From assembly GCA_907165135.1 (NCBI GenBank), contig OU015567.1:1736001-1800000 (forward strand): DNA of 64,000 nt, read 5' to 3'. Below the pieces are notes generated by a model, which saw only the letters and a program-made list of their open reading frames with translations, was not told the DNA's origin and made no database searches. This document shows, piece by piece, positions 11,971 through 22,352 of the stretch (position 1 is the first letter of the stretch; every line of letters starts with the position of its first letter). Position numbers and translations under genes: made by a program. This DNA comes from Oikopleura dioica (Eukaryota > Animalia > Chordata).

Positions 11971-13501
11971 TTAGATGATATTTTTACTTTCGTAAACTTC
12001 GTTCGTGAGATTTGAAATCTGTTGCTGGTACCATTTCTTGTCATTTTCAAACTCTTCTTTTTGCGTAAGCAAATCATTATTTAATCTGACCAAATCCGAG
12101 TTCTCTTCTCTCAGGTCGGAGTTTTCTTCCCTCAGTTTATCTTTTTCGACTTCTTGCACATCTCTTTCTATCTTCAATCTCGTATTTTCTTCTTTCAGTC
12201 GATTTATTTCTGCTTGTAAATTAACATTCGCATCAGTAAGTTCCAAGTTTTCTCTTTCTGCATTAAATTTTTTCATCTCAATGTCCTCTTTTTCTGAATA
12301 AATTTAAGATATTTAGACGACCAGTAAACTACCTTTAAAAGCCCGATTTCGTTCCTCTTTAAATGAACTCATCTCCTCTTGAATTTTTTCGTTCGCGCTT
12401 ATCAGGTTTTTTATGGTTTGTTTCATTCGATTCTCATTTTCAAACACTCCTGAGAGTCGTTTTGACGTTTCGATATGCGTTCTTCCTCCTCGAATTTGAA
12501 AACTCATCGGTTCGTCTTTTGCAGAACCTACAGAATATAACACAAGAGCATGAATCAACTTACCACCAGTTGCCTCAAGTATTCCCCGTAAATATGTAGG
12601 CTTACCGGACTAAATTTCGGCCCATATTTCTAGCTTAGTTGGGGGGTCATATGATACAGTATTAGAAAGTCCAGAAGCTGGGCTTTCATTTGGGCACCAT
12701 ATCAAGGGGTTTGGGTCATGCCCGGAGGCAAATTATGGGACCGGAAGTTCCCAATTCGGGACAAGAACTCTTCTACCGGTTTTTACGATGGGTTTGAGAT
12801 ATCTAGAGCTTCGAAAAATAGGTGAAATAGAAAGCTTAGACTCTGAGCTTTCTTTAGAGCCAATAAAATTTTGCCGCCCGTTGGTCTAGCGCCCTCTAGT
12901 GGTCCTAGAAGTTGACCTCGGCAGTGTTTTAGTCTGGAAACTTCAGGTTTCGACTCAAAATTTTCGAATTCTAAACCTACTTATTTCGTTTCTTAAATAA
13001 CTATAAACAATAAATAAGTCTTAGAAAATTGAATCACGGTTGATCTTGGAGGTTTTTTCTCATTTTTTCCGAGTTTCTGTCGAAAAATACCCATATTTCC
13101 AAGTTCTCTGGCCACTAGAGGGCGTTCAACCCAAGGGCGGCAAGATTTTAATGGCTCTAAAGAAAGCCCAGAGTCTACACTTTCAATTAATCTACTTTCC
13201 ATTGCTCTTGAGATCTCAAACCCATCGAAAATATCGATCGAAGAGTTCTAGTGCCTATTTCGGAACTTCCGGTCCCAAAATTTGGCTTTCAGGCATGACC
13301 TAGACCCCTTGATTTTGGTCTCAAATGAAAGCCCAGCTTTTGAGAATTCCAAATATGTGTCATAGGACCCCCCGACTACCCTAGAAAAATTGGCCGAATT
13401 TCAGTCCGGTAAGGCTATAAATATGACTGTTCTGTAAGGAGTTCTTTTGCCTCTTCAACATGATTTGATGAAAGTGAACTGAATGAAATATCATCACTCA
13501 T
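11971..13501 (-). pseudogene. Coiled-coil protein gene whose exon is interrupted by the 821-bp TIR element
   Basis: Removing the element and one TSD copy restores MSDDISF...EQSYL-RGILEATG, which splices in phase to GSAKDEPMSFQ... and the coiled-coil exon 11971-12276. Confidence 0.65.
12597..13417. mobile_element. Non-autonomous hAT-like foldback/MITE, 821 bp, copy 1
   Basis: About 25-bp imperfect TIR TAGGCTTACCGGAC.../...GTCCGGTAAGGCTA. 8-bp TSD TAAATATG (12589-12596, 13418-13425). Long internal inverted arms. Second copy at 46689. Confidence 0.93.
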
Positions 13502-13613
13502 CACTCTCTTCTGAAAAAAAAACAAAAACGCACTTCGTATCTTTTGAATATCGTACACTACGCGCGCATATTTACGAGAAGAAGCCTCCTTCAATTTGAC
13601 GGACAAACAGAGA

Positions 13614-14083
13614 TATAGGTCTTACTATTCTGCTCGTTTCATAAAAAGAACACATAATTCCGCCAAAGGCAATTGCGCGTCTGACGCCCGCTCGCCTCAC
13701 CACTGCTCTTGGGCGCCGCCTACATTTTTTGAAATGGCCTTCGGCGCCGCGAGATGAGGTAGTTCATTTTCAACTGTCTTTCCTGAATCTGAACTACGCC
13801 TTCTGAACTTCAATCACTACAACTCGTTGTGAACTGCTACAACTCGTTGTGAACCTCTTCTTTTCGATCCGAGCTGTTCTTACTGACCATCACCTGTTCC
13901 AGCTGAATACGAAGCTAAAGTAAAGCCTATATAAACCCTCTTACACTCTCATTCTTAACCACTCAGAGATACTTTTGTGGACAATAAACCAAAACTAACT
14001 TTTACCCTTTTTAACCTTCATTCAACTCTAGAGTTGCCTGAAGTTGCGTTGTGTTATTTCCTTGCAGAATAGTCTAACCTATA
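13614..14083 (+). repeat. 5' LTR
   Basis: No differences from 20626-21095 seen by eye. Termini TATAGGT...ACCTATA. TATA box TATATAAA at 13928, AATAAA at 13983, internal tandem CTACAACTCGTTGTGAAC x2. Confidence 0.95.
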
Positions 14084-14088
14084 CAAAT

Positions 14089-14097
14089 TGGTGACTG
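14089..14097 (+). promoter_or_regulatory. Primer binding site candidate TGGTGACTG
   Basis: TGG-initial motif 5 nt after the 5' LTR. TGGTGAC matches the start of tRNA-Trp-type PBSs; the tRNA identity is not established. Confidence 0.6.
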
Positions 14098-14218
14098 AAC
14101 CAAACGGAACGCCCAAAGAATAAGAGAGCTAACGATCGAAGAGAGCTGCAGTGAAAAGTGCTTAACGATCGAAGAGAGCTGCCGTTAGAAGACGACAAAC
14201 GTAAGTACCAAAATTATA

Positions 14219-15598
14219 ATGGAAGGGGAATATTTTAAAAAGGCTTCTGACCTTACTCGATATGAGCTTTTGCAGGTTTATGACTCTGTCCCGGGAAAAT
14301 GTTACCCAACTAAAATCCCAATCACGGACAAACGATCCATTGTTTGCAATATTTTGCTCATTGATCCGAGTTTTCTCGAAAAAGACCGAAAGTTTCATTT
14401 TAAACCGACAAATGACGGTAAATTTGTCCAATTTTTGCCCGACTTCACAGGGGAAATTGATCAAAAATTTGCTCACCCACGGCATAAAATGAACCTCGAG
14501 CAAATTATCGCAACTCAAGAAGCTGATTCCTTGAGCAAGATAATGGCCTCTTTGGATGTCGAGAGTGATACTGAGGGTCTACCAGAGCTTGACGTAACCG
14601 ATGAAGACTCATCCTCCGATTCTGAAATGTCAGCAAACGCTACCATGAGACCGAAAAATTCTCGACCAAAGCGATCTACGCCACCTAAGCCCGAGATCAA
14701 GAAAGAAAAACCTGAAAAGAAGCCATCTAAGAACCGAGACAAACAACCCACTCGAAATAGAAGGGAGGAACGCGAACCCGAATATCAGCCAAAACGGAAG
14801 TTTGAGTCCGGCAAAGCACGAATAAAAACGCCGAAATATGATACATGCCTTCCGATAAGTGCCTGGATTCGAAACATGGAGATTTATGGCCGGGTCACCT
14901 CGCTTAACGATGAAGAACTTATCACGTGCGCCCTCAGTGCCCTGCTAGCCGAAGAGCAAGGGAGCCACATCATTGCTTCTCTCACGGACACTGAACTTCA
15001 AGAATGGGATGCATTCAAAGCAAAACTTGAAGACGTGCTTGGCTTCTCCCGAGATCACTGGAAACACCTTTATGAGAACTACCGACGTGGATCTGACTCT
15101 TTTGGTGTCGCCATGGCCAAGTTAACGAGCTATTACAGGCAGGGGTATAACATCAAAGATCTCCGGAAACACGACGAAGAACTCTTGATCGAGAAATTTT
15201 GCTCTGCCCAAGACGATCGACTTCGAGAACTTCTGTTGCGAGACAAAGCTAGCCTTGATGTTAGCTCGATTGTTAAACGAGCAAACGAGCTTGAAAGATC
15301 CATTCCGAAACGCGAGATCAATTTTGCCGCCGTCACGAAACCTGAAAATGACCCGATCAACAAACAAATCCAGCAACTCATGGAAGAGTTCAGAAAGTTC
15401 AAAGCGGACCATGAGACTAACCGGAAGAAGCAAAGTGGGAGGAAAAAATCAAAGATTGATCTTGACAAAGCCCAAGGATATTGCTTGAAGTACACGAACA
15501 CTGGCCAATGCAAATATGGAAGTTCCTGCAAGTACCAACATGCTCCGCAGCAAGAAATTCCTGCACAGGTCAAAGAATACGCAAGGTCACTCTTATGA
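14219..15598 (+). CDS. gag: Gag (459 aa) with a C-terminal C-x8-C-x5-C-x3-H zinc finger
   Basis: First ORF after the PBS. Helical capsid-like core. CLKYTNTGQCKYGSSCKYQH near the C-terminus. Confidence 0.9.
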   Translation: MEGEYFKKASDLTRYELLQVYDSVPGKCYPTKIPITDKRSIVCNILLIDPSFLEKDRKFHFKPTNDGKFVQFLPDFTGEIDQKFAHPRHKMNLEQIIATQEADSLSKIMASLDVESDTEGLPELDVTDEDSSSDSEMSANATMRPKNSRPKRSTPPKPEIKKEKPEKKPSKNRDKQPTRNRREEREPEYQPKRKFESGKARIKTPKYDTCLPISAWIRNMEIYGRVTSLNDEELITCALSALLAEEQGSHIIASLTDTELQEWDAFKAKLEDVLGFSRDHWKHLYENYRRGSDSFGVAMAKLTSYYRQGYNIKDLRKHDEELLIEKFCSAQDDRLRELLLRDKASLDVSSIVKRANELERSIPKREINFAAVTKPENDPINKQIQQLMEEFRKFKADHETNRKKQSGRKKSKIDLDKAQGYCLKYTNTGQCKYGSSCKYQHAPQQEIPAQVKEYARSLL

Positions 15599-18500
15599 CT
15601 AAGAAATTCCGAAACTGTTCTTGCCATTCCGAATATGTTCTACGCTCCCTCAAACCTGAAATTTATCAACGTCAATGTCAATGGCTACAACTACGTCGCG
15701 CTCCTTGACACCGGTGCTTCAAAGACCTGTATCAATTCAAGTCTTCCGTTCGTCTACAACACCAAACCATCAAAAGTGGAAATTATTTGTGCAAATAACC
15801 AATTTATCCGACCGTCAACACTCGCCGAACCAATCAAAATGACAGTCCAAACAATCGGCGACGGAAAATTCTCCCTGATCACAAACCCACTTGTTGTCGA
15901 CTCACTTTGTGTTCCTGTCCTTATTGGCTGCGACCTCCTCAAAGATGTTGCTTTTCCTGATAAGAAATTTATTGTTTGGAAAAACAAACAAGTCCGAACA
16001 ATAAGACCCGATGAGAACTCAAAATATTGCAATGTCAATGCAATTGTCGAGATCAAAGATTCTAAAACTGAAAGGGAATCCCTAGAATCATTCCAAAGAT
16101 TACGAAGTCAAAAGGCTGAAAAAATGAATTTCAAACCGGAAATTGGCTCATTCGGCGACACGACTTCGGAGCAAGAAGGAAAACTGATTGATCTCGTTGG
16201 CAAATATAAACTTGCCTTCTCAATGGGTGAAGATGACCTTGGAAAACTTCATAATTTCCGGTTCACCCTACCTATGCTTGATGAATCTCAGACAACACAC
16301 CAAGCTCCTCGCCCAATACCGATTCACATGAGAGATCAGGTTAGCAAAGAGATTGAGCGATGGAAAAGTCTGGACATCATCAGAGAGACATCGTCTGGTT
16401 TCAATATACCGCTGATTATTCTAAAGAAACACGATGGCTCTATAAGGATTTCTCTTGATGCAAGATCCTTAAACAAACTCATTCAACAAGATCGGTTCCC
16501 GCTGCCTCACTTGTCTGTGGTATTGACAGATATCGGAACTCGTCTTTCAAATGGGAACTCATGCTTCATCAGTCAAATTGATTGCCACCGAGGGTATTGG
16601 CAAATACAAACTGCCGCTGATGATTCCCACAAGCTTGCTTTCTCTTTCAACAACAAACACTACGCCGCCCAACGTATGCTCTATGGTGTGTCAACAGCCC
16701 AGAGTGCATTCTCACGAATCATGCAGAAACTACTCAACCATCCGAGTATCCTCCTGTACTTGGACGATATAATCTGCATTGATAACTCCTTCGAAAAACA
16801 TCTTGAGACCCTGGAGTTTATTTTCAAAACATGCGTTGATAATGGCCTACTTCTTTCACCGAAAAGTGTTACCTGTGTCGAACTGAGGCCGACTTCCTTG
16901 GCTACTCAATTAGCAAAGATGGAGTTCGACCAACAGAAAAACACCTCGAAACTGTCAAAAACTTGAAGGCTCCACAGTCAAAGAGCGAAGTCAAACGCTT
17001 TTTAGGAGTTTTCAACTATAACATCAAGTTCATTCGAGACGGAAGTGCCATTCTGCAACCCCTTTACGACCTCACATCAAAGAATACCGAATTTTTATGG
17101 GCTGACAAACATGAGCGTGCCTTCCAAACAATTAAGAATGAATTGTTGAAAAAGCCATCACTGTCACACTTTCAACTTGGAAAACCCTTGATTTTGGTCA
17201 CCGACAGTAGTGGAAAGAAAGTTGGCGGAATCCTCTATCAAAGAATCGGAGAAAACCTAAACATTCTTGGCTACTTCTCCAAAGCCCTGAAAGGACCTGA
17301 CTTAAAACGATCAATGAGGATCAAAGAGCTGTTTGCACTGGCATTCAGCATTTCCCATTTCGAGTATTTCCTTCTCAATACACACTTTACATGCGTGGTT
17401 GATCACAAGTCACTATGTTATTTGTTCAAAGAGCAACGAGACTACAAAAACAACGATATCAAACTCACAAACATCCACAATTATTTGCTCAAATTCAATT
17501 TTACGATCCTCCACGAACCCGGCACAAGTCCGATAATGTGTACTGCTGATTATCTCTCACGTCTAGAGGCTTCTTCCAGCGATGACCTTGAGAGTGACTC
17601 AATGAAATTCGAGGATATTCCCGAAACTGTGTTCGCCTTCCACACAAGAATGACTGCTAACGAAGAGAGCGTTTTCTCATTTGGCGAACAAAACTTTACA
17701 GCGAAAGAACTTTCCAAACTTCAAATGGATTGTCCAAAGTCAAGAAACCTTATTGAAAAATGTGGACGCAATCCAAAATCACCATTTGAAACTAAGGACG
17801 GGTTACTTTACAAAGATAATCGTCTTGTCCTTCCTGAAGATCTCAGCAATGAATTTATCTCCTTTCTTCATTGCTACACGTGCCATGCTGGTAGCAAACA
17901 ATTAAACATGATGTTAAAACGATTTTTCATCCACGACGTGCAAACAAAAACCCGTGAGATAACAACATCATGTGCCACTTGTATCAACACGAAGCCTTTG
18001 AGCAAACTTCGTCCTTCAATGATCCAAAATCGGTATTTTGAGTCAATACCATTTACAAAAACCTTCTTTGATCTGATGGATTTTGGTCAAAAGGACAACC
18101 AAGGAAAACGATACCTCCTAACTTGTTCCGACTCACTGACTGGCTATATTGATGGAGAGCCTCTTGGAACAAAAAGCGATCCTGCTGTTGCGAAAAACAT
18201 TCTTACTTTGATCCTTCGGCATGGAATCAACAACGACTGCTTCTCAGATAACGGATCTGAATTTGGCCCGCTTGTTGCCGAAGTATTTCGCAAATTTGAG
18301 ATCCGACACTCGCGAACAACTGCTTACCGAAGTCAAAGCAATGGTGCTCTAGAAAGACTTCACCGCGAGGTCAACACCAAACTTAAGCTATTGAATGCTG
18401 ATCACCGTAACTGGTCAACTGCCTGGCCAATGGTTAGATATTATATCAACAATTTACCAAAATCGACGCTAGATGGCAGAAGTGCTAATGAGTGCTATTA

Positions 18501-19023
18501 TGGACGACAATTCCACGTCCCTTTCCAAACAAACCCTGTTGACGGCGCATCAAAGGAAAAATGGTTGACTGGACTCAACAAGTACTTTGACAAACTGCAC
18601 CCGTCGATTCTTGCTTATCAAGTTTCTCGATACCGCAAACTGCTTGCGCGAGACAAGAATAATGCTCCTACCCTTGAAATTGGATCCAAATGTCTCATCT
18701 GGAAACCAGCTTTTAGAAAGCTAAATAGAGTCTGGTTCGGCCCATTCACTGTTATCAAACGAATCAGCAAGGACTCTTACATTGTGAAAGATGTCGAAAC
18801 TCGAAGGGAGTACCGTCGACATATCAACTTGATCCGACCATTGAAGTTCAAAAATGACCCTGAGGAACTTCCTGTTACCGTTCCACCAGTTTCTCCAGAT
18901 CCTGATACCGTTGCTAAACTTGATGCTGAAGAAGTTCATGACATGAAAGAACTTAAAGAAGTTTGCCCTGGAGAACCTCACATTAATACTTGGGCAAATA
19001 AATTGCGGCCAAGACACCAATAA
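15599..19023 (+). CDS. pol: Pol (protease, RT, RNase H, integrase), split by a 1-nt deletion at 16862-16865
   Basis: LLDTGAS; IDCHRGYWQI, YLDD; TDSS..KELFA..DHKSL; H..H..CATC zinc finger; D-D-E (FDLMD, SDNGSEF, GALERLH); WFGPF (GPY/F). Adding one A gives PKKCYLCRTEADFLGY, joining the two ORFs. Confidence 0.95.
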
Positions 19024-19458
19024 AATGTGAAGGGGGAGGGAAGGCCCTTACAAGCCCCGTGTGCCAATCCATATTTGTGGAACAATATGGCTGTAAACAA
19101 AGTCCACTTGGATATCCGACTAAAGAGCAGCTTGGCGACCGCTCATGGAGAAGGGACCTCCTTACGAATCAAACCTCGCCTCGTAACCAAAAAGTAGCTT
19201 CCATTCCCTGCTAATAGTTAGGTGGCCATATCCCTCACGCATTTTTGATTTTTGTGACGCTGAAAGTCTACCGCGCGCAACTCAGACTGATGCCTCTCCA
19301 ACATTCGAAAATGTAGAAATATGAAGACGACAAGATGCAACCGTTCTTGTTTACAGAAATCTTCGACGATAGAAGAATGATTGTTACCTGTGACGTTCAT
19401 GTGCTAAGATGAACAATCAATGTCATACCGAGATGACAAATGATATAAGAGCTACGCA

Positions 19459-20586
19459 GTGATACCCATGAAAGTGCCGCTTCAATATTTATACAGCACT
19501 TATCTATCCCTTTTTTCACGAAAATTTTGGCCAAAATTTGAGATTTTGGTTGCCAAGATTTTCACTTCATTTTATTCCAATCGCGTGTCGACGAGAGACA
19601 CAAGCTTAAAAGATATGTCGAACACTACCTTGAACCAAATCCTTGTCTGGATGCAACCGTACGACTCTAAGAAGCGCTTCCAACAATTCTGTCTGACATA
19701 TATGCTTGGACACACTGTAAGTCTTTCCAGAATTCAAGAAGATCAAAAAACCATTTTAATTCGCCAGTATCTTTCCGACTGCGAAAACCTTTTGTTTACT
19801 TCCTCAAACTGGTCAACATCACTACCAATTCCAGTGATGACCTTAACAACCCCAACACAAGAGGTGAACATCTGTTCTCTTTTGGAATTTACCGGAAAAA
19901 GTCTCCTCTACAGACATTTAAGTCAAGAAACTTATGATGACAATTATATCTTGACTTCCTTCGATAAGTTCAACAGATGCAGAAACCTTTGGAAGAAATT
20001 CCGAGATATCACGATTCCCGAATTACAACTTATTGCAAATAAAGCAAAGAGACTAAACGCTGATTATCTGAGAGAGCTTGGAATTAATGCTCAAATACCT
20101 TGTAACCTGCCGCCTGGAACAAACAATGAGCAAACAACTCGTTTCCATCCTACAAACAATAATGAACAAAATCCTGAGACGTCTGTGAATTATGAGTTAG
20201 TCCCAATCAGTGATGATGAACAGCAAACAGATCTTCCGAAAGTTACCGATGATGTCACTGGACAAACTTTTGAGGATATGTTTCATCCCCCACCACTTGA
20301 TAACCAAATTCCAACTGCTTCGAATGACACTGGATCAACTATGGATGACATTCTTCGAAATGTATCTGCAAGCTGCCTTGATTGGCTCAAACCCTACGTT
20401 GAGATGTCAAATGACCGCTCCGCTGACAAATCAAATGAAAACGCCACATCACAGTCAACCTTCAACTCGTCTCCAAGCCAAATAATGAATGATGCTGATC
20501 AACTGATCAATGGAAATCTGTGGAATAATTACTCTGAAAGCTCGCCAGAATCATGGCCTGGATACACATCATCCGACTCAGACTAA
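19459..20586 (+). CDS. Third ORF of the LTR element, not Env-like; likely ATG at MSNTTLNQ (about 19615)
   Basis: 375-codon ORF between pol and the PPT. No clear signal peptide or TM. Acidic, S/T/N/D-rich C-terminal half. Confidence 0.75.
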   Translation: MIPMKVPLQYLYSTYLSLFSRKFWPKFEILVAKIFTSFYSNRVSTRDTSLKDMSNTTLNQILVWMQPYDSKKRFQQFCLTYMLGHTVSLSRIQEDQKTILIRQYLSDCENLLFTSSNWSTSLPIPVMTLTTPTQEVNICSLLEFTGKSLLYRHLSQETYDDNYILTSFDKFNRCRNLWKKFRDITIPELQLIANKAKRLNADYLRELGINAQIPCNLPPGTNNEQTTRFHPTNNNEQNPETSVNYELVPISDDEQQTDLPKVTDDVTGQTFEDMFHPPPLDNQIPTASNDTGSTMDDILRNVSASCLDWLKPYVEMSNDRSADKSNENATSQSTFNSSPSQIMNDADQLINGNLWNNYSESSPESWPGYTSSDSD

Positions 20587-20610
20587 AATATGGATTTTAG
20601 TCTGAAAAAT

Positions 20611-20623
20611 AAAGAGGGAGGAA
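20611..20623 (+). promoter_or_regulatory. 3' polypurine tract
   Basis: AAAGAGGGAGGAA ends 2 nt before the 3' LTR. Confidence 0.85.
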
Positions 20624-20625
20624 TT

Positions 20626-21095
20626 TATAGGTCTTACTATTCTGCTCGTTTCATAAAAAGAACACATAATTCCGCCAAAGGCAATTGCGCGTCTGACGCC
20701 CGCTCGCCTCACCACTGCTCTTGGGCGCCGCCTACATTTTTTGAAATGGCCTTCGGCGCCGCGAGATGAGGTAGTTCATTTTCAACTGTCTTTCCTGAAT
20801 CTGAACTACGCCTTCTGAACTTCAATCACTACAACTCGTTGTGAACTGCTACAACTCGTTGTGAACCTCTTCTTTTCGATCCGAGCTGTTCTTACTGACC
20901 ATCACCTGTTCCAGCTGAATACGAAGCTAAAGTAAAGCCTATATAAACCCTCTTACACTCTCATTCTTAACCACTCAGAGATACTTTTGTGGACAATAAA
21001 CCAAAACTAACTTTTACCCTTTTTAACCTTCATTCAACTCTAGAGTTGCCTGAAGTTGCGTTGTGTTATTTCCTTGCAGAATAGTCTAACCTATA
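20626..21095 (+). repeat. 3' LTR
   Basis: Direct repeat of 13614-14083. Confidence 0.95.
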
Positions 21096-21619
21096 CAGAG
21101 AAAAAGGCAAGACTACATCAAAAAGGGAAAAGCACTGACTAAAGCTACCAGAACAAACATTATTGCTTAGTTTTAATTGAAGTTGTATTACTTAAAGTGA
21201 ACAGTTTCCAAGACTTCTTCTCAAGGGCAACTATTTTCCTTTCAGTAGATGCAATGTTCTTTGTCAGCACGTGGTATGATAGATGCGAACCAGGTGATAG
21301 GTGACGCTGGCGTGAGAGGCACGCTGATGAAGATTAGCAAAGGAAGCCATATGCATGGGTTACTGGGGACAAAGTTGTAAATTGGGGCATTTCGAAGTCT
21401 GTCAGAAATTATCCGATTATTTTTTGACATCATCAATAAACGTCGACATAAGATGCAATTAGTTGCAAAATATTAACACAGAAATCGATAAAAAACGCTT
21501 CGAAATAAAAGTTTGTTGCGTAAGATGATAGTTCTAAGGTATACCGTATACTTTTTCATCGGAAATCATTGATCTCAAGTTGACTGAGGCTAAAAGTAAA
21601 GATGCGGTCAACGATTTAG

Positions 21620-22352
21620 ACTTTACATTCGTACTTATTAACCTTTTCCAATTTAACACTTCTAACGGTCAAGTTTGGTTGGCTCAACGACGAACACTCT
21701 TCAAGGCAATGACAAGCTGTAAAGACCACTGCGCCTTCGGGTCTATTTTTGCTTCTACTATTAGCTATTAGCGCATTAACATCGCCTGCAACCTCTTAAA
21801 TCTACTTGCAATGGCCTCAAGCGTGCTGCCCATAAACGATTTCGAGAGCCCAAATGAGGGGGGCAGCGTTGCTTCTTACCAGGTAGCAGCACTTTTGAAA
21901 ACTGTGATAACGAGCGTTTTCAATTGATTTTCTCCCTTTTCGAGATCGCCCCTACAAAAATCATGTTTGACTTGATTGACATGTATCACGTTTGTGCTCA
22001 GGAGAAGCTGGCCGAATTCGACAGATTCTACACGAGCTATGTTTATTTGGAAATTGCGAGGACGATCAAAATTGTTGATAATTATGAAAAACTGCACCAG
22101 GTAAAAATCGACTTTTCTCCTTTTTGAAAATCAATTTTTATTCAGATGAATGAAACGAAAAGAATCCAAAAGAAGACGCTCAAGATAAAGGACGAGAGTA
22201 ACCACAGATTGAAGACCGAAATAAGCGAATTAGAGAGAGAAGAAAAAGAGCTGAGGGAGAAACTTGAGCAATCTCGTAAAGAACGACTAGCGTATGAAAA
22301 GGAACTCAAGTCTCTTGCTGCTTCTAAAAAGAAGCAAGAATCTGGAAAGTAA
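21620..22352 (+). CDS. Uncharacterised multi-exon protein with a C-terminal coiled coil; start uncertain
   Basis: Exon-like ORFs 21924-22127 and 22146-22352 joined by a GT-AG intron; K/E-rich heptads. Confidence 0.4.

Larger units (their letters stand above)
13614..21095 (+). mobile_element. Full-length Ty3/gypsy LTR retrotransposon (Oikopleura Tor-like), 7482 bp
   Basis: Two 470-bp LTRs, PBS, gag, PR-RT-RH-INT order, third ORF, PPT. Flanking duplication CAGAGA (or GAGA). Confidence 0.97.

Noticed and set aside
12993-13303. ORFs inside the MITE copies (also 46342-46956, 47133-47405, 44123-44437, 29309-29639, 37209-37445)
   Set aside because: They lie within non-autonomous repeats and have no transposase motifs.
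15122-15627. Antisense ORFs over gag, and others over BRWD, ADRM1 and the Cobl-like gene
   Set aside because: Shadow ORFs of real coding sequence on the opposite strand, with no domain signal.
16862-16865. Programmed frameshift within RT
   Set aside because: It falls in the middle of a conserved RT motif with no slippery heptamer; a deletion or sequencing error is simpler.
19459-20586. ORF3 as an envelope gene
   Set aside because: There is no TM anchor, clear signal peptide or furin/fusion-peptide pattern, and the C-terminus is acidic and disordered.
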